Positions 18,436 through 28,280 of a DNA stretch of 56,987 nucleotides are shown here, in pieces. The DNA comes from a virus. Lineage: Duplodnaviria; Caudoviricetes. How positions within the stretch are numbered: position 1 is the stretch's first letter; every line of letters begins with the position of its first letter. The stretch spans positions 1-56,987 of IMG/VR virus record IMGVR_UViG_3300021964_000079. The stretch is one strand, 5' to 3'. The notes below the pieces were generated by a model that was not told the origin of the DNA, did not search any database, and saw only the letters and a program-made list of their open reading frames with translations. Made by a program: the position numbers and the translations under genes.

Positions 18436-18978
18436 TCAATCCTTTGTATTAGAAATCAACCTCTGAAAATCCTTAACAAATTGTTCCAGATAGATTGGGT
18501 CTAGGAGTCGTATTTTCCTAATTTCATCCTGTTTTTCTTCTTCATATTCTCTGTTTGTGATCAGTGTTGCATCTGCAATCGTATTACCATCTGTATCTAC
18601 ATTGCTAGTTCCAATATTGATTTTCACATTGGTATCACCCGACTCCTGATAAATCTCATAGTGATGCACTGCATCCACATTGTCATACCTCTCAGCAAGG
18701 TGTGCAAGAAACTGTCGAGTGTTCATTGGCCACTGGTGATACCTGTCTGTGATGTTATTGACTAACAGGATCACCCAATGATAATCTGCTTCACCATAAA
18801 ACTTGTGTGCAATCATCTCTGGTGTCTCACCGTTCCTAACATCATAGGTGTCGTAAAGTCCACTCACAGATTTTGCTTTACTGTGTAAGGCAACACGTTT
18901 GAGTAGATGCGTAACTACCTTATAGTCACCGTTACCAACAGAGTCATATACAATCGCAGGGAATTGAGAAAAATACAC
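18436..18978 (-). CDS. gp53: Baseplate wedge subunit gp53
   Basis: Start GTG-YFSQFP; LysM-like GETPEMIAHKFYG...HWVILLVN...WP, HHYE. Confidence 0.88.
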   Translation of the reverse strand: MYFSQFPAIVYDSVGNGDYKVVTHLLKRVALHSKAKSVSGLYDTYDVRNGETPEMIAHKFYGEADYHWVILLVNNITDRYHQWPMNTRQFLAHLAERYDNVDAVHHYEIYQESGDTNVKINIGTSNVDTDGNTIADATLITNREYEEEKQDEIRKIRLLDPIYLEQFVKDFQRLISNTKD

Positions 18979-18979
18979 C

Positions 18980-20107
18980 TTAGTACCCCCCGACCTGTGG
19001 CGAAACCATATTCTTGTCAATAAGTGTAATTTCACCAAAAGTCAATGATATTGTTGTTTTAACAGGGGCACCGTTGTAGTCATCGCCATCACTCTTGAAT
19101 GTTTGGAATTGATCACCGCCGTAAGTGACATCCATTTTTTTCAGAAAACACTTTCCTATCCTGTGCAAATTTAAATTTGGACCCATTGTGTGATGGTATG
19201 CAATTTCGAATATATCAGGAATTTTTTGTGATCTTGAACCAGCGTTAGCATCAAATTCTGGATGCATTCCTATTTTAAATTCTCTAATTATTTCCTGTAC
19301 GGTCTGAGCATCCTGTTTATCTTCAGGTAAAAAGGTAAATGCAAAAGAGAACTCTCGGCGTGAAACACCTCTAAACATGAGTTCCATCTTAGGTGTTGCA
19401 ATTTTACCCCGTTCCATTGCGATAAGGTCTTTCGCACCACTAAGACCGGGAATACCGTTAACAATCTTTGCTGCTTGTTGTGTTAAAACTTCTGCGGCTT
19501 CGCCTGATTGAAGTCCTTTGATATCTAGCTCACCAGTTGATTGATAAGTCTTAAAAAGACCATAGAGTACAGATGAAAACCCACTGATCTCTGATTCTGC
19601 ATATTCCATTCCATATGATACATTTAATTGTGGTGGCATATATAATGCTATGGTTCTCTGAATTTTGGTAGTGGTGAATTCACGACTGTTCAAATAAATT
19701 GAACTTGTCTTCCCAACACCAGCAGATTGAGCTCGAAGGGCTACATCCTTGGCTTGTACAGCCTCAAGAGATTCGTTGCCGCCGCCCCCTTGGTCAGCGT
19801 CTCGGTTCAATAGGGCGGTCACGTTAGGGCCTTTGCCAAGATTCTTTTTCAATTTAGTGTGAGCTACTGACATAGGTGTAAACATTATGTAATTCAAATT
19901 GCGACCATCTGTTCCTAGTCCAGCTGGATACATGAGAATTGGTTTCGCCTTTGCATTAAATGAACTTTGTAGAGGACTAGATGTAGAACTGGACGATGAA
20001 CCACCCAACCCTGATCTTAGACTACTAGCAGCTCCACTGACCAAACCTGATGCAGCACTAGCCGCTGCATTCTTTGCTATGTTTACAAAAGCGTCTCTTA
20101 ATGCCAT
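18980..20107 (-). CDS. gp48: Baseplate tail-tube cap gp48
   Basis: IALYMP, P.MELMF.G...R.FSF.F.F.P....A, P.IF.I. Confidence 0.85.
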   Translation of the reverse strand: MALRDAFVNIAKNAAASAASGLVSGAASSLRSGLGGSSSSSTSSPLQSSFNAKAKPILMYPAGLGTDGRNLNYIMFTPMSVAHTKLKKNLGKGPNVTALLNRDADQGGGGNESLEAVQAKDVALRAQSAGVGKTSSIYLNSREFTTTKIQRTIALYMPPQLNVSYGMEYAESEISGFSSVLYGLFKTYQSTGELDIKGLQSGEAAEVLTQQAAKIVNGIPGLSGAKDLIAMERGKIATPKMELMFRGVSRREFSFAFTFLPEDKQDAQTVQEIIREFKIGMHPEFDANAGSRSQKIPDIFEIAYHHTMGPNLNLHRIGKCFLKKMDVTYGGDQFQTFKSDGDDYNGAPVKTTISLTFGEITLIDKNMVSPQVGGY

Positions 20108-20136
20108 GTCTAAATATCCTTATACACTGATGGAAC

Positions 20137-20144
20137 TATTTATA
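20137..20144 (-). promoter_or_regulatory. T4-type late promoter TATAAATA
   Basis: Exact consensus upstream of gp48. Confidence 0.75.
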
Positions 20145-20148
20145 ACGA

Positions 20149-20592
20149 ATGTCATACAAAGGTCGATATACGCCGATCAATCCGAAAAAATATAAGGGTG
20201 ATCCACAGAACATAATTTATCGTTCTCTCTGGGAACGTAAGTTTATGGTATACTGTGACAACAGCACATCCATAATTGAATGGGGTAGTGAAGAGATCAT
20301 TATACCCTATTTATCACCCAAGGATGGGCGTATGCACAGATACTTTCCAGATTTCTACATCAAGGTCAAACAGGCTGATGGTCAAATCAAGAAGATGATC
20401 ATAGAGGTTAAACCCAAGGTGCAGTGCAAACCACCCAAGGAACCCAAGAGACGCACCAGACGATGGATGAACGAGGTTATAACCTATGGTGTGAATGATG
20501 CTAAATGGCGATATGCAACAGAATGGTGTGCAGATAATGGTATGGAGTTCAAGATTTTAACTGAAGATCATCTAGGTATTTCGTATAAATAG
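20149..20592 (+). CDS. gp4: Head completion protein gp4 (gp50)
   Basis: YKGRY.P.NP.KY.GD, YRSLWE, WGSEE..IPY, HRYFPDF, IEVKP. Confidence 0.93.
   Translation: MSYKGRYTPINPKKYKGDPQNIIYRSLWERKFMVYCDNSTSIIEWGSEEIIIPYLSPKDGRMHRYFPDFYIKVKQADGQIKKMIIEVKPKVQCKPPKEPKRRTRRWMNEVITYGVNDAKWRYATEWCADNGMEFKILTEDHLGISYK
20584..20591 (+). promoter_or_regulatory. T4-type late promoter TATAAATA
   Basis: Exact consensus upstream of gp2. Confidence 0.75.
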
Positions 20593-20596
20593 ATAT

Positions 20597-21154
20597 ATGG
20601 CAATTAGTAAATACATGCAAGCAGTTAAGGATGAGGCGAAAGGTCGCCCAAAGTCAACTGCATGGTATAGAGAAAAGATCAAAGAATTGGGCACACCAAG
20701 TTCACTTGACCTCTTACGGGATGGTAAGAGGAACAACAAGCCGTTCTATGGTAAATTGAATATGTTTATGTATGACCCAAAGTTCAAGAAAACCCTACCA
20801 TACTATGACACATTTCCACTGGTGTTGCCACTAGAGACATATTCAGATGGATTTCTGGGTATCAATTTTCACTACCTACCTATTCCACTGAGGATCAAGT
20901 TACTTGACCGTTTGGTGGATTTCTCTAACAACACCGCATTTGATGAGTCTACTCGGCTAATTGTTGACTACCAGAAGTTAAAGGGTGTTCGACTTATCAG
21001 ACCAACCATACACAAATACCTTGCTGGACAAACCAAGTCACAGTTTCGTAGGATTGATGCAGATGAATTTACGATTGCAACCCTACTACCCGTGCAAAGG
21101 TTTAAGAAGGCATCTGCATCAGAGGTGTGGAAAGATTCGAGGGCAATGATCTAA
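20597..21154 (+). CDS. gp2: DNA end protector protein gp2
   Basis: YDPK.K.TLPYYD.FPLV, GFLGINFHYLP. Confidence 0.93.
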   Translation: MAISKYMQAVKDEAKGRPKSTAWYREKIKELGTPSSLDLLRDGKRNNKPFYGKLNMFMYDPKFKKTLPYYDTFPLVLPLETYSDGFLGINFHYLPIPLRIKLLDRLVDFSNNTAFDESTRLIVDYQKLKGVRLIRPTIHKYLAGQTKSQFRRIDADEFTIATLLPVQRFKKASASEVWKDSRAMI

Positions 21155-21816
21155 TGGCAACACTAGCAAGTTTTGTAGAATCAACCGCATTTGGCGTATT
21201 AAACAATTTCCTGTCAGAGTTTCACGGTGAAAATGGATATGCACTCCCAAGTCGGTATGAGGTTATTATCACATCTCCCGGTGCAGGGGATGCTAGGAAG
21301 GTTTCTATGAATTGCGAATCAATAGAACTGCCGGGGCGTGCTGTAACGAAAGAAACTAATATCTCGCAATATGGCATTCAGTCAGAACAGGTTAAAGGAA
21401 TGTCCTTTGCAGGCGCAGTCGCAATGTCTTTTTATGCAAGTAGTGATCTTTCAGAAAGAGTATTTTTTGAGAAGTGGCAAGAAGAAATGTGGGATGTCGG
21501 TAGATGGGAAGTTGGTTACTACAAGAACTATATCAAGGAAGTTGATATCTATGTTCTGGATCAGCAGAATACTCGACGTTTTGGAATTCGATTATTTGAG
21601 GCGTATCCAGAATCAATTGGGCCGTCATCACTGAGTTCTACCCCTGCCTCAGATGTTTTACGAATACCTATCACTATGAACTATAGATATTGGCAGACCC
21701 TTGACATTAATAACCAACCACCAAATCTTCTAGAGAAGGTTCTTGATACAGTGATATCGGGTGCAGAAAGATCAATCAATGCAAACATACCGAGGGTGTT
21801 AAGTAAACTAGGATAA
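21154..21816 (+). CDS. Tail tube initiator/tube-like protein (gp54/gp19 family)
   Basis: RYEV, CESIELPGR, FFEKW, YY..Y, L.EAYP. Confidence 0.75.
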   Translation: MATLASFVESTAFGVLNNFLSEFHGENGYALPSRYEVIITSPGAGDARKVSMNCESIELPGRAVTKETNISQYGIQSEQVKGMSFAGAVAMSFYASSDLSERVFFEKWQEEMWDVGRWEVGYYKNYIKEVDIYVLDQQNTRRFGIRLFEAYPESIGPSSLSSTPASDVLRIPITMNYRYWQTLDINNQPPNLLEKVLDTVISGAERSINANIPRVLSKLG

Positions 21817-21833
21817 TTAAAGGATGAAATATT

Positions 21834-22541
21834 ATGGCATTACCTAAACTAAAGACTAATGAATACACACTAACAGTACCATCGACACAGGAGGAAGTTA
21901 AATTTAGACCATTCTTGGTCAGAGAACAAAAGATTCTGATGATTGCTGAAGAATCTAATGATGAAAAACAGATTGCTTCATCAATAGCCAGATTGGTATC
22001 CGACTGCACATTTCAATCAGTGGATGCGACAACATCTCCAATGTTTGATATAGAATATATTTTTCTACAAATTAGAGCAAAGTCTGTTGGTGAACAGGTA
22101 GAACTTGAAGTTACCTGTCCAGATGATGATGAAACAAGAGTTAAGGTTGAGATTAATTTGAATGAAATTAACATTCAGATGAATTTAGAACATTCGAAAA
22201 GTATTAAACTTACAGACGATATTGTTCTCAATTTTCGATATCCAATGATGAAAGACTTTGAAAGCTTAAACAATGATGTAGGAGAATTTGAGCAGACGAT
22301 GCAGATGATTTATAGTTGTATTGAAAGTGTTCAGAGTGGAGAAGAACTTATTCAGAGAATTGATATGACTTATGATGAGATTGTTGAGTTCATCGATTCT
22401 TTCAATACAGTTCAACTAGAATCTGTTGTAAATTTTTTCCAGACAATGCCAAAACTGAGACACGTTATTGATATAGTTAACCCAAAGACAAAAAAGAAAA
22501 GTGAATTATTGTTGGAGGGCTTAGAAAGTTTTTTAGGGTAG
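21834..22541 (+). CDS. gp26: Baseplate hub assembly protein gp26
   Basis: MALPKL...PST...KFRPFLV.E.KIL, FDIEYIFLQIRAKSVGE, FF.TMPKL. Confidence 0.92.
   Translation: MALPKLKTNEYTLTVPSTQEEVKFRPFLVREQKILMIAEESNDEKQIASSIARLVSDCTFQSVDATTSPMFDIEYIFLQIRAKSVGEQVELEVTCPDDDETRVKVEINLNEINIQMNLEHSKSIKLTDDIVLNFRYPMMKDFESLNNDVGEFEQTMQMIYSCIESVQSGEELIQRIDMTYDEIVEFIDSFNTVQLESVVNFFQTMPKLRHVIDIVNPKTKKKSELLLEGLESFLG
22529..22538 (+). other. Candidate -1 programmed ribosomal frameshift site T TTT TTA GGG
   Basis: In-phase X XXY YYZ heptamer two codons before the gp26 stop; the -1 frame is open and encodes gp51. Confidence 0.65.
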
Positions 22542-22585
22542 CGCTGGCTCACGACAGCGTAGTAAATTACTACAAGACAAATTTT

Positions 22586-22732
22586 ATGATGATGCAACAC
22601 CATAAATATAGTTTAACTGAGTTAGAAGATATGTTACCGTGGGAGAGAGAAGTATATATTGGATTGTTGATAAAACACCTTGAGGATGAGAAAGCACACC
22701 AAGAAAAAGAACTTGCAAGACAAAGGAGGTAA
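22586..22732 (+). CDS. gp51: Baseplate hub assembly catalyst gp51 (frame open upstream to the slippery site)
   Basis: Manual translation (AHDSVVNYYKTNF)MMMQHHKYSLTELEDMLPWEREVYIGLL..., the gp51 signature; absent from the ORF track. Confidence 0.85.
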   Translation: MMMQHHKYSLTELEDMLPWEREVYIGLLIKHLEDEKAHQEKELARQRR

Positions 22733-22736
22733 TCAA

Positions 22737-23069
22737 ATGGGCGAAGAAGAAATTAAAGCATCAGGTCATCATCCAGCAGATACGAATGGCGATGGTAAGG
22801 TTGACCCAGAAGAACATGATATGTGGCTTGAGTTCAAACGTAAGGAACTTGAGGATGCAGATGCAATGCGTGATGCACAGCGCACAATGGCATGGTACTC
22901 TCTTGGTGGTATGTTGTTGTATCCTATTATCGTAGTCCTTGCAACAGTCTTCAATATGGATCAAGCAGCAAAGATTCTTGGTGATATGGCGGGTGTGTAT
23001 TTCATCGCAGTTGCCGGTATCGTCGCAGCTTTCTTTGGCGCACAAGCACTCAGCAAACCTAAGAAGTAA
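22737..23069 (+). CDS. Two-TM membrane protein with an EF-hand-like loop (holin-like?)
   Basis: AGGAGG RBS; DTNGDGKVDPEE loop; two hydrophobic helices and a basic C-terminus. Confidence 0.6.
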   Translation: MGEEEIKASGHHPADTNGDGKVDPEEHDMWLEFKRKELEDADAMRDAQRTMAWYSLGGMLLYPIIVVLATVFNMDQAAKILGDMAGVYFIAVAGIVAAFFGAQALSKPKK

Positions 23070-23079
23070 GGAATAAGTC

Positions 23080-25002
23080 ATGGCTGATCTCTCAATTGTA
23101 GCATCTCTTTTAAAAGATACTAATAAAAAACTGGATAAACTTCACTCAGACAATGAGCAGGATGACACCAAGGCTGACATAATCAAGAACGCTCTACCAG
23201 AAATCTTGTCCGATACTCTCAATACACAGCGGCAAATTGCACAGTGGGAAGAGGAAAAAAAGCGTGATGAAGCTACCGATACTCTAATTAAGAAGGAAGA
23301 TGAGAAAGCCGCCAAGCGTGAAGAAACAACACAAAAACTCATAGGTGATATAAAAGAACCTTTAAAAACTCTTGGCCTTGCCATACCAAAATCAGGTTTC
23401 AATGCATTTTCCGAAAAAGCAAGTGATATCAGCGCTGAGAAATCTTTACCATCAGATTTCAAGTTAATGTTGCAAGCTCTTACTCCAAAGGCATTAACAC
23501 AGGGGTTCAAAGTAGGTCTGGGTGATATGTTTAAAGAACTTGGTGGTGGTATCAAGAAGATCGGCAGTGGAATGAAATCTCTTGCTACCAAAGGGCTGAC
23601 CGCAGCACAGAGAAAGTCAGAAGAAAAAGAGAAAGAGAGTAAAGAAAAGAGGAGGGATGGATTCTTTAAAAATCAGTTTGGTAAAATTACCGGCTTCCTT
23701 GGGGGAATACTTAAAACGGCAAAATTAGCAGGTAAAGCTGGATTTCTTGCTTTACTTGGTGCGGGTGCAATATATGCTCTTGCGAAACTAATAGAGAGTC
23801 CATATTGGAATACGGTAGCAGGAATAATAGAGTCTGGTTTCAAAAGAATTAGAAGTCTCTTTGAATTTATGGATGAACAATTTGGGGTGGGGGGAGTAAT
23901 TGCAACTGCACTGGCACTTTACTATGGTCCAAGGGCGGCCACTACACTTGCTGGAATGGGCATCAGAGCTCTGGCCAAAAAGTTATTTTTCAAAGGTGCA
24001 ACCGACACTTTAGCAGGATCAGCAGGACAAGCCGCAACATCATTGGGATCAAAGGCATCTAAACTTGGTTTGCTCGGAAGACTGGGATTGTTGGGCGGTG
24101 GTCTTACTGCGGCGGCCTTGGCGATGTATGGACTAAGCGTAGCTATAGACTGGTTTCATGATCGGTCGGCGAAAGCAGAAACAAAAATATTAAACGACGC
24201 AATAAAGGATATAGATAAACAAACGCCTGCAGAGCAACAGAGGCGGAAGGAGGTCGTCGATGAGATAGCGAGAAAAAGGAGCCAGCAGCGGGCAGATGAT
24301 CCACGGGCCAGAGAACAGCTGAGAAAAGCGAACGAAGCGCAGAGGATAATTGCCGATGCAGTCAAAAAGAGATTAGAACAGAAACCCCCGGTGGATGCAG
24401 CGGTATATGGTGGCAGCCCAGCAGAAATTCGGGCTATTATAGCTAAGTCATTTAAAGAGGCAATCTCCGCAACACATTTCGAGGGAAGTGCGGAAAATCG
24501 ACTTGGCCAATTGAAAGAATTATTTGGTGGTGTTTCATCAAAATTGCTTGGTAAGGAATTTCAAGCTTTAGATGCGGAGAAGAAGAGTGCATTTTTGAAG
24601 CTCTTGCGACTTGAGGAACAGAGTGCGTTCCAATCAATTCGTAGTGGCGGTAAATCAAAGTTTTCCGGCCAGTCAAGTTCAACGGCGTTTAGAGCAGGTA
24701 TAGATAAAAAGGATGAGCGTGAACTTATGCTGGGCTTTCAAGATGTCCGAAAATCCTTGATCAACCTTCGTAAGAGTCAAATCAAAGACCCAAGTTCCAT
24801 ACTTCCAGAGCTTAACGATGAATTGAGGAACAACACTGAACAATTGAAGACACTGAATGATACTCCAAGAGGTTCTGACACCACTGTTGTGAATTCAACC
24901 TCGGTTGGAGGAAACCACAATAGCGTAACCATCCCGCCGCAAGTTCCTATGTATGCACGTTTTCCAAATGGCGGAATCCACCATTATGGAGAGGTTTACT
25001 AA
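23080..25002 (+). CDS. Putative tape measure/baseplate hub (gp29-like) protein
   Basis: 640 aa helical, Gly/Ala-rich hydrophobic core; follows gp26-gp51. Confidence 0.55.
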   Translation: MADLSIVASLLKDTNKKLDKLHSDNEQDDTKADIIKNALPEILSDTLNTQRQIAQWEEEKKRDEATDTLIKKEDEKAAKREETTQKLIGDIKEPLKTLGLAIPKSGFNAFSEKASDISAEKSLPSDFKLMLQALTPKALTQGFKVGLGDMFKELGGGIKKIGSGMKSLATKGLTAAQRKSEEKEKESKEKRRDGFFKNQFGKITGFLGGILKTAKLAGKAGFLALLGAGAIYALAKLIESPYWNTVAGIIESGFKRIRSLFEFMDEQFGVGGVIATALALYYGPRAATTLAGMGIRALAKKLFFKGATDTLAGSAGQAATSLGSKASKLGLLGRLGLLGGGLTAAALAMYGLSVAIDWFHDRSAKAETKILNDAIKDIDKQTPAEQQRRKEVVDEIARKRSQQRADDPRAREQLRKANEAQRIIADAVKKRLEQKPPVDAAVYGGSPAEIRAIIAKSFKEAISATHFEGSAENRLGQLKELFGGVSSKLLGKEFQALDAEKKSAFLKLLRLEEQSAFQSIRSGGKSKFSGQSSSTAFRAGIDKKDERELMLGFQDVRKSLINLRKSQIKDPSSILPELNDELRNNTEQLKTLNDTPRGSDTTVVNSTSVGGNHNSVTIPPQVPMYARFPNGGIHHYGEVY

Positions 25003-25006
25003 AAAT

Positions 25007-25041
25007 ATAAAAAAAGGGGGAACCGAAGTTCCCCCTTTCTC
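25007..25041. terminator. Rho-independent terminator between convergent genes
   Basis: AAAGGGGGAAC-CGAA-GTTCCCCCTTT with A/T runs; UUCG loop on the - strand. Confidence 0.85.
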
Positions 25042-25926
25042 TTACTCGTTTGCCAACTTTTCAAAGTAGGACATTGTGTCCCCATCATCATCAGTATCAA
25101 CAGTAGGCGCTGGAGTAGGTTTTGTATCTACTTTAGGTTCAGCCCAAGGTGCATCTTCCATCACCTCTGTTGCCTTACCTACTGTGGTAGTCCCAGAAAG
25201 AACCATATCCAAACGCTTCTTCAGTTCATCGTAGGACTTGAAGTTAGATTCCCCAGTAAACTCTGATAGAGGATACTGCGTCTTCCAAAGCTCTTCCAGC
25301 TTGTCATCATCATCAAACAACGGACTTGGTGCTTCAAACTCAGACTTGTCATAGTTCCAGTAACCATCAACCATACGAAGCTTCAACTTGAAGTTCGCAC
25401 CTTCCCAGAAATCGAAGGGATTGACAGGACTTTCATCTTGGAATGCAGGCTGCATTGCTTCCATGCACTTGTCAAAGATTTTCTTACCGAAACGATAAAG
25501 CATAACCTTACCCTCGTTCTGAGGATTCGCAGGGTCTTGCACAACATAGATGTTGGCAAAGTACTGCAACTTACGCTTCTGTTTACGGGCAATCTCCTTG
25601 TCAGACTCAACACCAGAGTTCCAATATGCAGAGTTCATCTCTGATACGGGATCATTCTGTCCAATGGTGGTGAGAGAGTTCTCAATATACCACTGTCCAG
25701 TAGGGCCTTGAAACGCATGGTTCCAGACCTTTGCCCAAGGCATATCCTCACCCTCTACTGCGGGTAGGAAACGAATAACAGCATAACCGTTGCCGGTCTT
25801 ATCCATCGTAGGTTTCCAGAGGCGGTCATCCTGATAGGACTTCTTATCTTGGGGGGCGTTTTCTGCTTGGACTGCACCAAGCAGTTTGTCCAACGAATTG
25901 GACTTCTTGAGCGCACTTAACGACAT
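25042..25926 (-). CDS. gp32: Single-stranded DNA-binding protein gp32
   Basis: DDRLWKP..DK.GNGYAVIRFLP, WYIENSLTT, PFDFWEGANFKLK, acidic tail. Confidence 0.96.
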   Translation of the reverse strand: MSLSALKKSNSLDKLLGAVQAENAPQDKKSYQDDRLWKPTMDKTGNGYAVIRFLPAVEGEDMPWAKVWNHAFQGPTGQWYIENSLTTIGQNDPVSEMNSAYWNSGVESDKEIARKQKRKLQYFANIYVVQDPANPQNEGKVMLYRFGKKIFDKCMEAMQPAFQDESPVNPFDFWEGANFKLKLRMVDGYWNYDKSEFEAPSPLFDDDDKLEELWKTQYPLSEFTGESNFKSYDELKKRLDMVLSGTTTVGKATEVMEDAPWAEPKVDTKPTPAPTVDTDDDGDTMSYFEKLANE

Positions 25927-25965
25927 ATGTATTCTCCTTATGTAAATATATGCGATTTCGTATGT

Positions 25966-26751
25966 TTATAGTGTTACCACTTTATCACAAAAATCTGCTT
26001 TTGTCAAGTAACTTAGATTATTTTCTTGAATAAATTCCTCTTTGGCATCTACCCAAGAAAACTGAACATCCTTGAACTCTCTAAAAACAGTTTGCATTTG
26101 GTTCTGCCAGTTCACTGGATTAAAACCTCTTGCATCACTGGGCAGATAATTATCTGTCCCTTTATATATGTTGTTCAACGGCTCATCATATGATGATAGG
26201 TCAAACCCCAATATATAAATCTCTGTTGCACCCTGCTGACATGCAAGGTGCATAGCGGTGTTACCCGCTGACCATCCAATAGGAAAGTCAATCGTATTTA
26301 TGTTGTCATCCTCATAGACATATGTAATCCAAAGTCCAACATCCTTCTCCAGCTTCATCTGAAGGTCTTTCATATCAAGGTGGGGAAACTGTTGAATTGC
26401 AGATTCAATCCTTTCACTGAGTCCCACAGGGTCTTTACCTGATATTACACAACGGTCTGTAATGCCTGTTGTCTTGTGAATGAATGTCTCTGGAATGTCA
26501 TACCCCATAAGCATCATGTCTGCTACATCAGCAGGAAGGACTGTCCAGTTTGCAAACCAGCACTGAATATCTCTCCAATTGTTGGATTCGTAAATCTCCT
26601 GCTGCATACCATAGTCAACTGCAACAAGGTTGTCCACCATCACATCACGCCAGATTGCATTGCAACCCCATGTGACAGCATCCACCTCATACTGTTTATC
26701 ACCGAACCACTTGCGTGACTCACCATTACCAATTACTACTGCCTTAGACAT
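25966..26751 (-). CDS. Conserved hypothetical protein with a DUF115/glycosyltransferase-like Rossmann fold
   Basis: VIGNGESR, GCNA, VAVD, SAG..A..LA, IYILGFD. Confidence 0.55.
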   Translation of the reverse strand: MSKAVVIGNGESRKWFGDKQYEVDAVTWGCNAIWRDVMVDNLVAVDYGMQQEIYESNNWRDIQCWFANWTVLPADVADMMLMGYDIPETFIHKTTGITDRCVISGKDPVGLSERIESAIQQFPHLDMKDLQMKLEKDVGLWITYVYEDDNINTIDFPIGWSAGNTAMHLACQQGATEIYILGFDLSSYDEPLNNIYKGTDNYLPSDARGFNPVNWQNQMQTVFREFKDVQFSWVDAKEEFIQENNLSYLTKADFCDKVVTL

Positions 26752-27409
26752 TACTGATATCCGTCATGAGGGGGAAAATCTTTGCAATCTCACGAGCACA
26801 TGCAATCGCAATATCCTGATGTTCCTTCTGTGTACCATTCGCACTCCGTAGGTCAATGTAGTGTACCCATGAGCGTAGTGTACCGTTCATGTATAGTCGG
26901 GACACTGTGTTGCCCTCTGGAAGAACTGCACGAGCCTGTTCCTTGGCAATACCATTATAAATGGCCCACTCATAGACCTTTTTAGCTTGTCGGATAATCT
27001 CCGTCTGTCTCATTCGAAAATCTTCATTCAGTCGGCGGTTGTCCTCACTCAGATCGATACTGTTCTGCCTGTTCTTAGGGTCTTGCAAACGTGCATCCCT
27101 AGTCTCAAATGACAAATCCTTGGTAGGGTCTGCATACCGCTGGCTGAACTCTTGAAACGAAAAAGATCGGTGTCGTAGAATCTGACGAGCAATGTCCCTC
27201 GTTGTCTCAATCTCCAAACATGCACTAACCATCTCTAGGGGTGACCAGTGCTTATGCTTGATGAGATACTTGATAAGCTTCTCGCTGGTGATCTTGTTGT
27301 TCTGGTTACCGGGATTGGATACCCTCGCACAATATGCGATGAGTTCCTGTGCGTCATCTACACCAATAATGTTATCTGGTGTAGAATGTGATGTCATTCT
27401 TACTTTCAT
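26744..27409 (-). CDS. thyX: Flavin-dependent thymidylate synthase
   Basis: HWSPLE and RHRSFSFQEFSQRY (RHRx7S) signature. Confidence 0.96.
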   Translation of the reverse strand: MKVRMTSHSTPDNIIGVDDAQELIAYCARVSNPGNQNNKITSEKLIKYLIKHKHWSPLEMVSACLEIETTRDIARQILRHRSFSFQEFSQRYADPTKDLSFETRDARLQDPKNRQNSIDLSEDNRRLNEDFRMRQTEIIRQAKKVYEWAIYNGIAKEQARAVLPEGNTVSRLYMNGTLRSWVHYIDLRSANGTQKEHQDIAIACAREIAKIFPLMTDISNV

Positions 27410-27422
27410 AATATCTCCAAAA

Positions 27423-27496
27423 TGGTGCTGGTAGAAAGAATCGAACTCTCAATTAAGGTTTACAAAACCCTCGTTATACCGTTTAACTATACCAGC
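27423..27496 (-). tRNA. tRNA-Thr(UGU)
   Basis: GCTGGTA/TACCAGC acceptor, anticodon loop TT-TGT-AA, TTCGATT T-loop, encoded CCA. Confidence 0.9.
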
Positions 27497-27504
27497 TATT
27501 CCAT

Positions 27505-27702
27505 CTACTTGTTAGAGTTAAACCTACGCTGAGGTTTATAACCCTTTGGCCAAGTGGGTTGGCGATTAGCAAGTGTCTTAACTCGCTCCGACAGTTCGTC
27601 GTTTTTAACCGACATCTCAGCGTTGACAAATTGCATTGCCTTCACTTCTTTTTCTAGTTCCCGGCACCGTGCCTCAAAGAACCCCTCTACTCTATCCATC
27701 AA
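27505..27702 (-). CDS. Small coiled-coil hypothetical protein
   Basis: 65-aa ORF with GAGGAG RBS. Confidence 0.6.
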   Translation of the reverse strand: MMDRVEGFFEARCRELEKEVKAMQFVNAEMSVKNDELSERVKTLANRQPTWPKGYKPQRRFNSNK

Positions 27703-28280
27703 CTGGACTCCTCTATGAGTTTTAATAGTCTTATCTTATACTGTTCTTGATCAATTGTCAAGAACCTTTCGTAATTATTCATCAGATTATCTAAATCAAT
27801 CCATATGATATCATCCTCTAATTGTTTATTCCAATCTGGTCCAAAGTTGACCAGCTCATCTAGTATGATCAATGTCTCTAATGACACTCGGCCACCTAGA
27901 AACTCTTTCATTAATTTTGGGTGCTGCCCATTCGTTACTGTGAACAAATCCTCAAACGCTTCTACAAGAGGTTTCATCTCTACCTCAAACAGATCAAAGA
28001 AACCCTGTCGTTTTAGTTTCCATGACTCGTAGTTCTCATCATTGAAGTTGGCAATATACCCCTTCTTGTCCTTGATGAAATTTGATACAAAGTAGTTTTG
28101 AATTTCTTGTTCTGTGTTGTACTTGCGTGAAAGTTTTACGAAGAACGATCTGTCCTTACGTTTATAGAAGGTGTCTCTCTTGATACGAGTCTTGCCCTTG
28201 TATGTTACAAAGTCATAGTCACCCTTACCAAAGTGTGCTTTCATAGCACAGTACATTAGATAAACGTCAATCGGTTCCAT
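27699..28280 (-). CDS. gp59: Helicase loader gp59
   Basis: Y..Y.AMKAHF...YDF..Y.GK, F.KRKDR.FF.KLSR, SLETLIILD. Confidence 0.88.
   Translation of the reverse strand: MEPIDVYLMYCAMKAHFGKGDYDFVTYKGKTRIKRDTFYKRKDRSFFVKLSRKYNTEQEIQNYFVSNFIKDKKGYIANFNDENYESWKLKRQGFFDLFEVEMKPLVEAFEDLFTVTNGQHPKLMKEFLGGRVSLETLIILDELVNFGPDWNKQLEDDIIWIDLDNLMNNYERFLTIDQEQYKIRLLKLIEESS

Noticed and set aside
27423-27496. Reading the tRNA as Tyr(GTA) or a suppressor
   Set aside because: The AGGGT/ACCTT stem places TGT at loop positions 3-5; short variable arm; no sign of stop-codon recoding in the genes
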